DNA from: a virus
Lineage: Duplodnaviria > Heunggongvirae > Uroviricota > Caudoviricetes
Length of the DNA stretch: 64,000 nucleotides
Direction: 5' to 3' (one strand)
IMG/VR virus record: IMGVR_UViG_3300033070_001123
In this document: one piece after another, positions 29,274-37,513 of the stretch
How positions within the stretch are numbered: position 1 is the stretch's first letter
Layout: the number at the start of each line of letters is the position of its first letter
The notes under the pieces: model-generated
What the model was told of the DNA's origin: nothing
Databases searched by the model: none
What the model saw: only the letters and a program-made list of their open reading frames with translations
Made by a program: the position numbers and the translations under genes

Positions 29274-29713
29274 GTCTTATCCAGAATTGTAATTCCATTT
29301 AAGTGATCAATCTCATGCTGAGTGCAACGAGCTTCTAAGTCTCTTAGATGCTCTTTTACTTTCTTGCCCTCATAATTGATATACTCAATGAGGATATACC
29401 TGCTTCTCGTGATTTCTTTTCTAACATTAGGGCAGGATAAACAACCTTCTGTATCTTTGTATGGAACGCATTCATAAAGAATAACCGGGTTGATGAAGGT
29501 TTTTGGTTTCTTCATCTTCTTGGTTTTCATTACAAACATTCTCCAGGGAATATTTGCCTGATTTGCTGCTAACCCAATACCATTGTTGGCTAGCATAATA
29601 GATAGCATCTTGTCAGCAAAAGGCTTTAGATCTTCAGAATAATCAACTTCAATACACTTCTGTCGAAGTATTTCTGAAGGTATTTGCATAAGTTTTACGT
29701 CTTCGATTTTCAT
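29270..29713 (-). CDS. def: Peptide deformylase.
   Basis: The three PDF motifs: GIGLAANQ, EGCLS and HEIDHLNG. Confidence 0.85.
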   Translation of the reverse strand: MKIEDVKLMQIPSEILRQKCIEVDYSEDLKPFADKMLSIMLANNGIGLAANQANIPWRMFVMKTKKMKKPKTFINPVILYECVPYKDTEGCLSCPNVRKEITRSRYILIEYINYEGKKVKEHLRDLEARCTQHEIDHLNGITILDKT

Positions 29714-29795
29714 ATTGTTATTTCGTCTTTTTGTCGATAAACATTTTGGTTAGTCACAAACAGGTTGTGACTTGTTTACAAAAAGGAGTTGGCTT

Positions 29796-30572
29796 ATGCT
29801 AACCGTTAGGTGTCCCGTGCATTTCCCTCAGTTGTTGTTCAAAGAGGAAATTTGTTTTCCAACGAATTCCTCAAAAGCCCCGTTATACAAGCTAGACTGG
29901 TCAAAGTTCGACGCTCACGGCAGGCAAACATTATCTAAATGGAATAGTCTGTACAAACCTGAAGTTGAAATTCCGTATTTCTCTATCGTGCCAGAAAATA
30001 TCGAAGAGCTACTAAATAATAGGACGTTTTTGCTTGAAGGCAAATACCTAAACGAAATCAACAGGTGCTTTCGACAGGCTTTTGAAGAGTGGCAAATCAA
30101 AAAACCATTTGATACGGCTATCACAAGCATGACAATGGAAATACAAAAAGCATATGTCTTTGTTGGCTTCAAACTTCTTTGCGACTGTCTGTTTGATGAA
30201 AAAACTTTCTACTATGAACGTTCTATTTTGAAAAGAATTGCGCCTCACGCTATGGCGGCCAGGTTTTGGCAACAGTATGTTGGAACAGGTTTGATTGAAG
30301 AATTTTCGTACATTAACAAGCTTGAAGGTCTAATATCAATTAAAAATCTAGGCACGGACGGTATTGTTATTGAAACATTTATTAAGGATTTAAGAAACAA
30401 AATAAAAAGTCTTGAGTTATGGAGAGAAAATCCAATAAAAGCCGAGCAAACAAAAATTAATGAAAGCATCGAAAGCATTAAAAATGGATTTCTTGTAAAT
30501 GGAGATATACCTGATAAGTGTTGTGAAAAGGATACTAATAACGACGAAAATTGCAACATTCGTCATAAATGA
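29796..30572 (+). CDS. Hypothetical protein (258 aa).
   Basis: The start in the ORF track at 29772 is a TTG. The ATG at 29796 has a perfect AAGGAG site 8 nt upstream, so I chose it. Confidence 0.5.
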   Translation: MLTVRCPVHFPQLLFKEEICFPTNSSKAPLYKLDWSKFDAHGRQTLSKWNSLYKPEVEIPYFSIVPENIEELLNNRTFLLEGKYLNEINRCFRQAFEEWQIKKPFDTAITSMTMEIQKAYVFVGFKLLCDCLFDEKTFYYERSILKRIAPHAMAARFWQQYVGTGLIEEFSYINKLEGLISIKNLGTDGIVIETFIKDLRNKIKSLELWRENPIKAEQTKINESIESIKNGFLVNGDIPDKCCEKDTNNDENCNIRHK

Positions 30573-30601
30573 AATTAGTTTAAGATAAGACAAGCTCATC
30601 A

Positions 30602-30635
30602 CCCTCTGCACTCTTGTGTAGAGGGTTTTTGTTTT
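30602..30635 (+). terminator. Rho-independent terminator: 10-bp stem (ccctctgcac / gtgtagaggg, one G-U pair), loop tctt, followed by TTTTTGTTTT.
   Basis: Read directly. It lies 30 nt after the stop of 29796..30572. Confidence 0.7.
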
Positions 30636-31242
30636 GAAAGATTTCAATTTTGGAAGCAGGTTTCGGCACTCTAAAACTGTACCTTTTCATTGGGATAGGG
30701 GAGTTTGGAACGTTATCAGCTTTTTCCTCGCTACGCTCGGTGATACGTCTTTGCTTCGCAAATCCGTATCAGTATATAGAAGAGTATTTTGTAATGCGCT
30801 ATAACAACTTAATTGCGCTATTGCGCTGCGCAACAACCTTTTCAGCCGCCAACGCATCTCTAAAAGAGAAGCGAAAGCGACTGAATCCGCCGAAGCGGTT
30901 ACTAAGTTGATCTTTTAAGGTCGGCGTTAAGACTTAGTTCTCATTCAGTCAGGCCGTCTTGTTTTCGCCTACGTCAACAAGTGAAAAGGCAAAGCCTGTT
31001 GAGCAGCTATCCCTTGCGGGATTCCAAGACAATGCTGTAGAAGTCGGAATTCTCAGCAAAGACCGCTCTTTTGGAGCGTAACCCCCTTTACAACAGAGGC
31101 CAAAGAGGGGAAACCTATTCGAGAAGAAAGAAGAGTCTCGAATACTCTTGTTCATTCGCCTTCTGCGTTCCGACTACAGAAGGCTGCTTATCGTTCAATT
31201 CACTCTTTCGGAATATACAAGCGAACTCGGCCAGTTTTTCAC

Positions 31243-31271
31243 CAAAGAAAACCCCCGCTGCTCGGCGGGGG
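31243..31271 (-). terminator. Rho-independent terminator: stem cccccgc/gcggggg, loop tgctcg, followed on the minus strand by TTTTCTTT.
   Basis: Read directly. It lies 7 nt after the stop of the acidic protein gene and ends the long minus-strand operon that starts near 37485. Confidence 0.65.
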
Positions 31272-31277
31272 TTCAAT

Positions 31278-31481
31278 TTAGAACTCGTCATCGTCGTCGT
31301 CAAGGTCGAAATCGTCGTCGTCTTCGTAATCTTCGTCATACTCTTCATCGTCGTCAAACTCTTCTTCATCTTCGTCTTCGATTTCGTCCTCGTCTTCGTC
31401 CTCATCGTCAAGATCAAGGTCGTCGTCTTCTTCTCTTTCAAACGAGTCCTCAATGTCTTCAAATTCCTTTTCTCGTCCCAT
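31278..31481 (-). CDS. Hyper-acidic small protein (67 aa, almost entirely D/E after residue 5). A candidate DNA mimic.
   Basis: MGREKEFEDIEDSFEREEDDDLDLDDEDEDEDEIEDEDEEEFDDDEEYDEDYEDDDDFDLDDDDDEF. An AAGGAG site lies 8 nt upstream of the ATG at 31481. Confidence 0.6.
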   Translation of the reverse strand: MGREKEFEDIEDSFEREEDDDLDLDDEDEDEDEIEDEDEEEFDDDEEYDEDYEDDDDFDLDDDDDEF

Positions 31482-31492
31482 TTCTTATCTCC

Positions 31493-32239
31493 TTATAGGA
31501 ACATGCCCCTTTCCAGGCTAAAGACTTCTTTCTCAATATTGCTGATCGCAATATTGTTTAAGTGTTCAAAATGGCTTGTTCTGAAAACCCTGCCGTTTTT
31601 CCTCTGCAAAAAACCCTTCCAGAAAGCGATTCTGCCTTCGGTCCAGGTCTTGTTGTCAATAAAAGAAAACTCTTTGCGAACCATTGCGGTTAGTCCAAAG
31701 AATGTTTCGACAGGAGTTGAGGCGATTCTTAATAGATCAATATCAACAATGAGATTCGCCTCATAATCTGCTTCAGGAGGGTTCTTGTCATGTTTTGTCC
31801 ACATAACAAGATCGTGAATTCTTCCGGCTCTTTCGGCTGAGAATCCCATACTAACAAGATCTTCAAGCGCATACCAGGCACTTTCTTCTTCGTTTGTCGT
31901 CGTCTTCGGGTTTAGGCGATAAATTGAATCGTGATAGAACCACGCAAGCAAAACGTCATCAATTGAGCCATCAGAGCAATCGCAATCGCTTTCAATTGAA
32001 AGGATATCTTTTACTCCTTCGATAACATGGTTAAAGTCATGGTATCGTCTGTTGATAATAGGAGATTCAGAAACAGGAGTTGCATACTTTGCAACAAGGC
32101 TGTTGAAATTTGTTCTGGTTTGTACAAGACCAGAAAGACTTGCTCTTGCGTTGATAGCTTTGTCGTAAATGTAGAAGAGGTAATCAATTCCCATATCAGG
32201 AGTGAGCCTCTTGTCTGCAATCTTTGTGAAATCTCTCAT
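31493..32239 (-). CDS. Putative HD-superfamily phosphohydrolase-like protein (weak assignment).
   Basis: Several H and HD dipeptides in HD-domain-like spacing (RRYHDFNHV, FYHDSIY, RIHDLVMWTKHD). No full motif match could be verified. Confidence 0.35.
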   Translation of the reverse strand: MRDFTKIADKRLTPDMGIDYLFYIYDKAINARASLSGLVQTRTNFNSLVAKYATPVSESPIINRRYHDFNHVIEGVKDILSIESDCDCSDGSIDDVLLAWFYHDSIYRLNPKTTTNEEESAWYALEDLVSMGFSAERAGRIHDLVMWTKHDKNPPEADYEANLIVDIDLLRIASTPVETFFGLTAMVRKEFSFIDNKTWTEGRIAFWKGFLQRKNGRVFRTSHFEHLNNIAISNIEKEVFSLERGMFL

Positions 32240-32748
32240 TTCTTCGCCTTCCCTTCAAGAGCAATTGCGACATGCTCAGGAACGTATTTCCTTATCTCTT
32301 TCTGCCATCCGTCATAGCCAATCAAGCTTTTCACAAAACTGCTTGAAACAATCGAAAGATCATGCGGCGGTTGCAACATGACTGTTTCGACGGCAACGCC
32401 TCTATCTAAAGCCATTCTACGGTTGATTTCAGCCATTGTTGACTCAACGGAGAAATCTTCGGCATTTCGAACGCCTCTCAAGAGATGAGTTGCTTTTTCT
32501 TGTTTCACGAAATCAACCAGGTAGTTCGGACCAATTGCCATTACCTTGACAGTTGGAGGAACACAAATCCTGGTCATTTCGGTTCTCTCTTCAACAGAAA
32601 AGAGATACCTGCCAACTTTGTTGGGGTTTACCGCAATACAAACGACAAGTTCTTCAAAAAGTCGAGTTCCCTGGTTGATCAGCCAGAGATGACCCGCAGT
32701 AATAGGGTCAAGGCTTGCCGCATAGATTGCTTTGGGTCTCATGCCCAA
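32236..32748 (-). CDS. coaD: Phosphopantetheine adenylyltransferase (CoaD-like cytidylyltransferase).
   Basis: AIYAASLDPITAGHLWLI matches CoaD AIYPGTFDPITNGH. LLRGVRNAEDFSVE matches LIRGLR..DFEYE. ISSSFVKSL matches ISSS.VKE. Confidence 0.8.
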   Translation of the reverse strand: MGMRPKAIYAASLDPITAGHLWLINQGTRLFEELVVCIAVNPNKVGRYLFSVEERTEMTRICVPPTVKVMAIGPNYLVDFVKQEKATHLLRGVRNAEDFSVESTMAEINRRMALDRGVAVETVMLQPPHDLSIVSSSFVKSLIGYDGWQKEIRKYVPEHVAIALEGKAKK

Positions 32749-32772
32749 TTCTAGGTGCTAGAAAAGCACAAA

Positions 32773-33720
32773 TCAAAAATCAGCTTCTTCGTCTTCTTTC
32801 AGGTATGGAATATCTGCTTGATAAACAGCCATGCTGATATCACAGATTTCTCCAGAATGCTCCTGGGACAGAACAATGGCTTCAGCAAAACAGCAACCTG
32901 TCAGGTTTCTGAATGATTCAACAAGCTGACGGAGTATCGTGTTTACTTCGTTCTCGGAGGACGCTCTCATAACAGAAAGAGCATGAATGCATCCTTCTGT
33001 TTGCTTTTTGGCATTATAGAAGTTTTGCGAAGAGCCACCAACAAGATGCTTTCCAAAAAAGGTCGAATCTCTAGGCAGTAGGCTTAGTACATGCTTGTTC
33101 TTATCGTCAATCGTTAGTTTGCGCTTTTCAAAATCAAGGATAGACTCTCTATGAACTTTTAGAGTTTGAACTTCATGCGGATCTTCCATATCCGCAATAA
33201 CAGCAAACCAGGATTCATCGTCCTGAACTTTAATTGGTTCGCAAAGCATGGTTTGTACATTTAGTTTGTGAATTAGCTCATTCTTTGGCTTGAGATTTGT
33301 TCCGCCAATAGCAAAGTTGCGATTGCCTTTTTCGTCAATATACTTTGAAATAGTTATCTTCAGTGTTGGGCTATTGGTTTTCTCTATTTTAGAAACTTCT
33401 TCGCCAAGACGGGCTGCGAGTCTACTAACGCAGCGAGCCAATTCTTCTTTGCTCTGTATTTCAATGTATGGAACAAAGAAACATCCAGTATTGCAATCCT
33501 TATTGACATGCGTAGAGATATTGTCTTTATGAAGCGCAATACCAAAGCAGGAAACGTCAAAGCCAAGGGGAAGCTTCCTGTAACCGTCTTCAATATCATC
33601 AACATCGTTAAAGACAAGTTCAAAACGAACATTGCCTTCGGTCATGTAGTGAGGCAGGCAATTTCTGCCCCAACCATTAAGAGGTTCATTTTCCATTGAT
33701 AACCTTGTCTGCGCTTGCAA
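32773..33720 (-). CDS. Hypothetical protein (315 aa), third gene of the ATPase operon.
   Basis: ORF with a 35-nt overlap to the upstream gene. No family recognised. Confidence 0.45.
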   Translation of the reverse strand: MQAQTRLSMENEPLNGWGRNCLPHYMTEGNVRFELVFNDVDDIEDGYRKLPLGFDVSCFGIALHKDNISTHVNKDCNTGCFFVPYIEIQSKEELARCVSRLAARLGEEVSKIEKTNSPTLKITISKYIDEKGNRNFAIGGTNLKPKNELIHKLNVQTMLCEPIKVQDDESWFAVIADMEDPHEVQTLKVHRESILDFEKRKLTIDDKNKHVLSLLPRDSTFFGKHLVGGSSQNFYNAKKQTEGCIHALSVMRASSENEVNTILRQLVESFRNLTGCCFAEAIVLSQEHSGEICDISMAVYQADIPYLKEDEEADF

Positions 33721-34264
33721 GTATTTGGGTATTGACTATGCCATAGTCGTTGACTATATAACTGTCAAGGTTGTTGGTTACTATTTTGCCGCAAAATGCC
33801 AGGTTCAAACAGAATGAACGAGTAAGCACTTCTTTTGCTGGCCGATCAACTCCCGTAACGTCAAAAACCTGAAACTCAAGCTTGTCAGAAACTAAGACAA
33901 TCGAGTTTGTCAAGAGCCGAACGGTTAGATGATCGTTTTGTGAAATATGGGCAGCAAGTCTGTCAACAAACTCCTCAGAGATACTCATGGAAGTTTCAAC
34001 TTCTTTTCCTGCAACTCTCAAACACGCTGTTACAGTCTCGACCATTCTTTTTGTGTCAAAATAAGAACTTGCAACTAAGAAAACAAATGGTTTACAAGAT
34101 CCTACCTTTGGAGTAAAAACCTTTGTAACCATGTTCTTCCGAGAGGTTTCTAACAAGATTTTGTTTCTACTTAAAAAGATATCTTTACAAGCAAAACAAA
34201 ACTCGCTCAGTTTCTGGGAGAGAATGTCAAATCGTGATTTGTTTTCTTCCATGTGAATACTCAA
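33686..34264 (-). CDS. Hypothetical protein (192 aa), translationally coupled to the ABC-type ATPase.
   Basis: 4-nt overlap with the ATPase gene. No family recognised. Confidence 0.45.
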   Translation of the reverse strand: MSIHMEENKSRFDILSQKLSEFCFACKDIFLSRNKILLETSRKNMVTKVFTPKVGSCKPFVFLVASSYFDTKRMVETVTACLRVAGKEVETSMSISEEFVDRLAAHISQNDHLTVRLLTNSIVLVSDKLEFQVFDVTGVDRPAKEVLTRSFCLNLAFCGKIVTNNLDSYIVNDYGIVNTQILASADKVINGK

Positions 34265-35271
34265 TCAACAAGAGGCTGACCCTTGATGATTGGTATATCG
34301 AATAAGCAGCTATCCCCAAACTTGTTTTTCACGTGATCAATCATAATACTACTATGAGTTGTCACAATAAACTGCTTAGTTGGAAACTTTTCCAGTATCT
34401 TTTCCAGCATTTTTACATGCCTTTTGAAGTATACATGCATTTCTATATTATCAACGAGAACGATATCGCTTTTGTCAATAACAGCAGGATCGCAGAGATT
34501 TCTTAGAAGCGTTGCAATCTTCTTCTCTCCTGCGCTCATGGATTTGTAATGAACTTTAACTTCACCCTTCTGAATCACAAAGTCCTGATAGAATGCAAGT
34601 TCAGCATTTTTGTGGTCAGAAAGATGAGCGTAAATCTCTTCCTTTGAAACTGTTGGTTTTGATTCTGAGGAAGCGATTGCTTTGTAGTTATTTGCGTAAA
34701 CGCTTATGATCTCTTTAAGAGATTCATTACCCGCTTCAACGCCTGTAGCTGAAACAGGTTTCTCAACAAAACACTTGTACCCATATATTGCTTCTGCAAG
34801 TTCAAGAAAAAGCTCAATCCTCTCGGACGGGATTTGGAACTTGCTATTGTTTATAGGATGGTCTGCGTCAATGAATACTATATTTTCGGAACCTAGATTT
34901 GCGAGATCGTTTCTTATAACGTCATCGTCTTTGATGTGAACGATAAGCTCTTCGCCTTTCTGGTCTTCAAATATAGCAATCATTTCCATATCTTCGTTGT
35001 ACTTTGTAAAACCTGCGTAGTTTGGATCGTAGTCCGGATGGAACTGCATCTTCCTTAGAAGAAAGTTCTCTTCGTCTTTCTTTCTTTTTGAGTATGCCTT
35101 GGCTCTAGAAAGAACAGCAATAGCATTAAGCCCTGTGCTTTTTCCGCAACCGTTTGGTCCAAAGAATACGCAAAGAGGTTTATAAGAACCGTTGTTATAT
35201 GTGAATCTGAAAACGCTTCGCTTATTGAAACCTGCGTAGTTGGATAGTTCTAGTGAACGAATTTTGAGCAT
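34261..35271 (-). CDS. ABC-type / SMC-like P-loop ATPase (AAA_21/AAA_15-like, 336 aa).
   Basis: Walker A FFGPNGCGKST, signature-like MSAGEKK, Walker B IVLVDNIEMH, and an H-loop-like TTHSS. Confidence 0.65.
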   Translation of the reverse strand: MLKIRSLELSNYAGFNKRSVFRFTYNNGSYKPLCVFFGPNGCGKSTGLNAIAVLSRAKAYSKRKKDEENFLLRKMQFHPDYDPNYAGFTKYNEDMEMIAIFEDQKGEELIVHIKDDDVIRNDLANLGSENIVFIDADHPINNSKFQIPSERIELFLELAEAIYGYKCFVEKPVSATGVEAGNESLKEIISVYANNYKAIASSESKPTVSKEEIYAHLSDHKNAELAFYQDFVIQKGEVKVHYKSMSAGEKKIATLLRNLCDPAVIDKSDIVLVDNIEMHVYFKRHVKMLEKILEKFPTKQFIVTTHSSIMIDHVKNKFGDSCLFDIPIIKGQPLVD

Positions 35272-35332
35272 GAAAAAACCTCCTGACTAACCGTTTATCG
35301 GCAATCAGGAGGCCAGAAAGGAGGTAGCAATT

Positions 35333-35581
35333 TTAGTTCTTTGCTTTTGCCTTTTTCTTGGTCTTCTTAGGCTCAGGATTTTTCTTTTGGAACCAGCCCA
35401 TCTGATTCAAAATGACGGTCGGCTCAATCGGGTTCTCGTCGTCCTCTACTCCAAGGAATACAAACGCAAACCTTTTGCCCTTTGGGGACTTAAAGGTTAC
35501 GTTCATGCCGCCACCAAGCTTGTTGACGAAGCTGGTTGTTGCTACAATCTGTCCTCTACTTAGAGAAAAAGCGCTTGGCAT
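35333..35581 (-). CDS. Hypothetical small protein (82 aa) with a Lys-rich C-terminal tail.
   Basis: ORF. C-terminus is KKNPEPKKTKKKAKAKN. Confidence 0.35.
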   Translation of the reverse strand: MPSAFSLSRGQIVATTSFVNKLGGGMNVTFKSPKGKRFAFVFLGVEDDENPIEPTVILNQMGWFQKKNPEPKKTKKKAKAKN

Positions 35582-35726
35582 TCTTGACCTTTTCGGAAAT
35601 CTTGTAACAGAACCATGAAATCATGGCAAGGATCGCCATGCCCATAACATGCTTTTGATGCATAACGCTATTGCGGGCGGATTCCTCGGCAACAGGTTGC
35701 ATGAAATCTTCAAACTTCTTACTCAT
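35566..35726 (-). CDS. Small predicted membrane protein (about 52 aa). Not in the ORF track because it is under 60 aa.
   Basis: Hand-translated as MSKKFEDFMQPVAEESARNSVMHQKHVMGMAILAMISWFCYKISEKVKNAKRFFSK. A GGGGGA ribosome-binding site lies 7 nt upstream of the ATG at 35726. Confidence 0.3.
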
Positions 35727-35764
35727 AAGCAATCCCCCGCCCTTTCGGGCAGGGGACTGTTGTA

Positions 35765-37018
35765 TTACTTGGTGACGGGAAGAGTCGCGGGGGCGGTTGT
35801 TGAGGTATTGAAGGGAGTATTAGGACGAGCAGAAGGCTGACCAAGAGCCGTTCTGATAGCGCCCATGAAGTCGCCAGACAGAGAGGTGAAGCTCATGTTC
35901 TGAGGGAGGAAACCGTTGAAGTTCTGGAATGCAGAACCCATGTTTCGAGAAATCTCAATCTGAGCAAAGGTTTGACCGCCGATTCCCTCATAAGCCGCAT
36001 AGAGAAGCTTCTGGGCTTCGGCCTTGGCGCGACCCTCAGCAAGAACAGCAGATGCTCTGTTCTCAGCAGCCGCCTTCTCCGCCTCAGACGCAATCTTCAA
36101 TCTTTCAGCCTCAGCCTGAGCCGCAAGAATGGTTTGCTGCTTCTGCGCTTCAGCAGCGGTCAGTTTTGCGGCGGCTTCCTGCTCAGCCTTGAGCTTGGCA
36201 ACCTGCTTGTCTCTTTCGGCCTCAACAACAGCCTTGTTCAAGTCCGCCTGAGCAACGGCTCTTACTCTCAGAGCGTCAGCCTCAGCAGCCTTGGTTTCTT
36301 CGTCGGCGCGCAACTTCTTTTGCTGGGCAATCTGGCGAGCTTTGATTTCCTCAGCGTACTTCGGGTCGAGACCGATCTTCTCGATAACGAAGTTCTCAAC
36401 AATGATTCCCTGCTTGCGAAGCTCGCTATCGGGCGAGGCGAGATCCTGCTCGATTTCGGTCTGCAACTTAACAAGGCCTTCGCCAGAGTAGGCGTCGGTT
36501 GCCTTCATCTTTGTTGCATGATTCTTGACAACCAACTGAACAGTGTTGCGAAGAAGACGCTCTTCGATAATGTTCGGGTCGGCAGCGTCCATATGGGCGT
36601 GATAGTTCTTGTGAACATTCACAATACTTGGCTGATCGAATCTCCAACGAACGCTGAGATTGATGTGCATGTCTTGCTGGTCTTGCGACTGAACAAGATA
36701 TGCGTCATAATCTCTGCCATGACCGCTCTCTCTTGCCGTTGGCGGAGTGTCATTCATGACGAAAACTCTGCTCGTCATGTCGTAGCGATAGATATTGGTC
36801 GTTATTCGGTTTCTGGAATAGGTTCCAGGAGGAAGAGGGTTGGGATCAACACCACTCCAGGTCTCTTTGACGCCAACCTCGCTACCAGCAACGGTTTCGA
36901 GGTCAACAAGGGCAACAACGCCCAAAAGAACACCAACACCAATAACACCCGAAATAGCAAGCTTGACCGGAAATTGACTCATCGAATTTGCTCCTGAATA
37001 TGGACTTCTGCGACTCAT
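35765..37018 (-). CDS. SPFH/band-7 (stomatin/prohibitin/HflKC-like) membrane protein with a long Ala/Glu/Lys coiled-coil.
   Basis: N-terminal transmembrane helix, SPFH core (QLVVKNHATKMKATDAYSGEGLVKLQTEIEQDL...GIIVENFVIEKIGLDPKYAEEIKARQIAQQ), then an AEAxxK coiled-coil. Sampled sequence is about 57% G+C. Confidence 0.75.
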   Translation of the reverse strand: MSRRSPYSGANSMSQFPVKLAISGVIGVGVLLGVVALVDLETVAGSEVGVKETWSGVDPNPLPPGTYSRNRITTNIYRYDMTSRVFVMNDTPPTARESGHGRDYDAYLVQSQDQQDMHINLSVRWRFDQPSIVNVHKNYHAHMDAADPNIIEERLLRNTVQLVVKNHATKMKATDAYSGEGLVKLQTEIEQDLASPDSELRKQGIIVENFVIEKIGLDPKYAEEIKARQIAQQKKLRADEETKAAEADALRVRAVAQADLNKAVVEAERDKQVAKLKAEQEAAAKLTAAEAQKQQTILAAQAEAERLKIASEAEKAAAENRASAVLAEGRAKAEAQKLLYAAYEGIGGQTFAQIEISRNMGSAFQNFNGFLPQNMSFTSLSGDFMGAIRTALGQPSARPNTPFNTSTTAPATLPVTK

Positions 37019-37485
37019 AGCTTTCTTTCTGACTGCCGTTGCAGTCTGTCGATCTGATCGAGAACTCGATCAGTTTCTGCGGCGGTTTCTGCGGCCTGCC
37101 TCTTTAGCTCTTTATCCTTGTGATGCTTGAGAAGGTTGAGGCCTAAACAAACAACCCCAACGAGAGCTAACGGAGGAACAACAAACTCAAGCAACTGAGG
37201 ACGCCGAGTAAAGATAGAGGCCAGGAAAACAACGGCACAAAAACCAAACATGACTAGCGTTATGGTTCCGTAATGATCCTTTTGAGGAACAAAAACAGCG
37301 CCTCTATCGGATAGGTTTTTGTACTCTTCCGATTCTTTGTACAAGTCAACCTGCTCTCGTTTGAACAGGATGATGTCTTTGTCCCTAAATTGTTGAAAAA
37401 CACCGTCTTCACCAAGTTGGTGGACTTTTGAAGCAGGTAAACCAAGTTGGTCTGCGGCTTCCTTTTCTGTAACGAACATTTTCAT
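37015..37485 (-). CDS. Membrane protein with an N-terminal excisionase/MerR-like helix-turn-helix and two transmembrane helices. Translationally coupled to the SPFH gene.
   Basis: KEAADQLGLPASKVHQLGEDG is helix-turn-helix-like. Hydrophobic stretches GTITLVMFGFCAVVFLASIF and VVPPLALVGVVCLGLNLL. 4-nt overlap with the SPFH gene. Confidence 0.5.
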   Translation of the reverse strand: MKMFVTEKEAADQLGLPASKVHQLGEDGVFQQFRDKDIILFKREQVDLYKESEEYKNLSDRGAVFVPQKDHYGTITLVMFGFCAVVFLASIFTRRPQLLEFVVPPLALVGVVCLGLNLLKHHKDKELKRQAAETAAETDRVLDQIDRLQRQSERKL

Positions 37486-37513
37486 GTGCTACCTCGCCAT
37501 CCTTTCCAACCGT

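Noticed and set aside
31262-31290. GGGGGTTCAATTT, resembling the T-arm (GGGGGUUCAAAUCCCCC) of a tmRNA or tRNA 3' domain.
   Set aside because: There is no complementary CCCCC after the loop, no acceptor stem or CCA context. The G-run is the 3' half of the terminator hairpin cccccgc/gcggggg.
31071-31766. 231-aa plus-strand ORF with long V/I/F/K runs, and 31115..31462 and 31148..31498.
   Set aside because: These are alternative frames or antisense of the poly-GAx region encoding the acidic protein. They are pure low complexity generated by the codon repeats. The minus-strand acidic gene has a perfect ribosome-binding site and terminator.
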